This document shows, piece by piece, positions 23,880 through 24,000 of a DNA stretch of 24,000 nt. Numbering within the stretch: position 1 is the stretch's first letter; each line of letters begins with the position of its first letter. The position numbers were made by a program, and so were the translations under genes. This DNA comes from Christensenellaceae bacterium (GTDB lineage Bacteria > Bacillota > Clostridia > Christensenellales > QAND01): the NCBI GenBank assembly GCA_963674495.2, contig CAXXLG010000002.1, positions 841,154-865,153 of the forward strand. The letters are read 5' to 3'. Under the pieces are notes generated by a model. That model worked only from the letters and a program-made list of their open reading frames with translations, was not told the DNA's origin and did not search any database.

Positions 23880-24000
23880 TTAGCTTTCAAACTGGTGCCT
23901 GTGCAGGTCATAATAATAGCCATTTTGTGCCATCAGCTGCTCGTGCGTGCCCATCTCTTCGATGAGGCCATGGCGCAATACCACGATCACGTCGGCGGCG
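23880..24000 (-). CDS. ABC transporter ATP-binding/permease protein, C-terminal 39 codons (remainder outside the window)
   Basis: Not in the ORF track because it is under 60 aa. The minus-strand translation is ..AADVIVVLRHGLIEEMGTHEQLMAQNGYYYDLHRHQFES*, the typical tail of an MsbA/MDR-type ABC exporter. The stop codon is at 23882-23880. Confidence 0.7.
   Translation of the reverse strand, partial: AADVIVVLRHGLIEEMGTHEQLMAQNGYYYDLHRHQFES

Noticed and set aside
1-24000. A search for CRISPR arrays, IS elements or transposases, integrases, prophage genes, toxin-antitoxin pairs and known defence-system signatures.
   Set aside because: I found no direct-repeat arrays, terminal inverted repeats or recombinase, nuclease or phage-like ORFs. 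The composition is uniform, and the gene content is housekeeping and sporulation related.

Overview
This window looks like ordinary core chromosome from an endospore-forming Bacillota organism. Gene order is Clostridia-like and GC is roughly mid-50s percent by eye. I support 22 protein-coding genes, two of them truncated at the window edges. In order they are: mreB (3' end), a TtcA-like PP-loop ATPase, a small multidrug-export-family membrane protein, a VanZ-like protein, recD2 overlapping comFC by ATGA, a ~220-nt structured RNA candidate, a double CxxC zinc-ribbon protein, long-form hpf/raiA, an ABC-F ATPase, a YabE-like DUF348/G5/3D protein, rsmA/ksgA, an orphan acidic protein, a class B PBP, spo0A, veg, a SipL/SpoVID-like DUF3794+LysM protein, ispE, spoIIR, sleB, ypeB, an MBL-fold hydrolase, and the 3' end of an ABC exporter. 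Many intrinsic terminators and several near-consensus promoters can be read directly from the sequence. I saw no tRNA or rRNA genes, CRISPR arrays, transposases, integrases, phage genes or recognisable defence systems. The items most worth follow-up are listed here. (1) A promoter-driven, long-range-paired RNA sits between comFC and hpf and fits the raiA-motif ncRNA, a class with no known biochemical function. (2) A ~480-nt non-coding tract between the SipL-like gene and ispE has two near-identical G5/C5 hairpins and its own plus-strand terminator. (3) An orphan 439-aa protein with a long acidic low-complexity core sits where yabG lies in the conserved ksgA-yabG-veg block. (4) spo0A and a divergent PBP are inserted in that same block, with 0A-box-like sites between them. 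All product calls rest on motif recognition by eye, and no database search or RNA folding was run.
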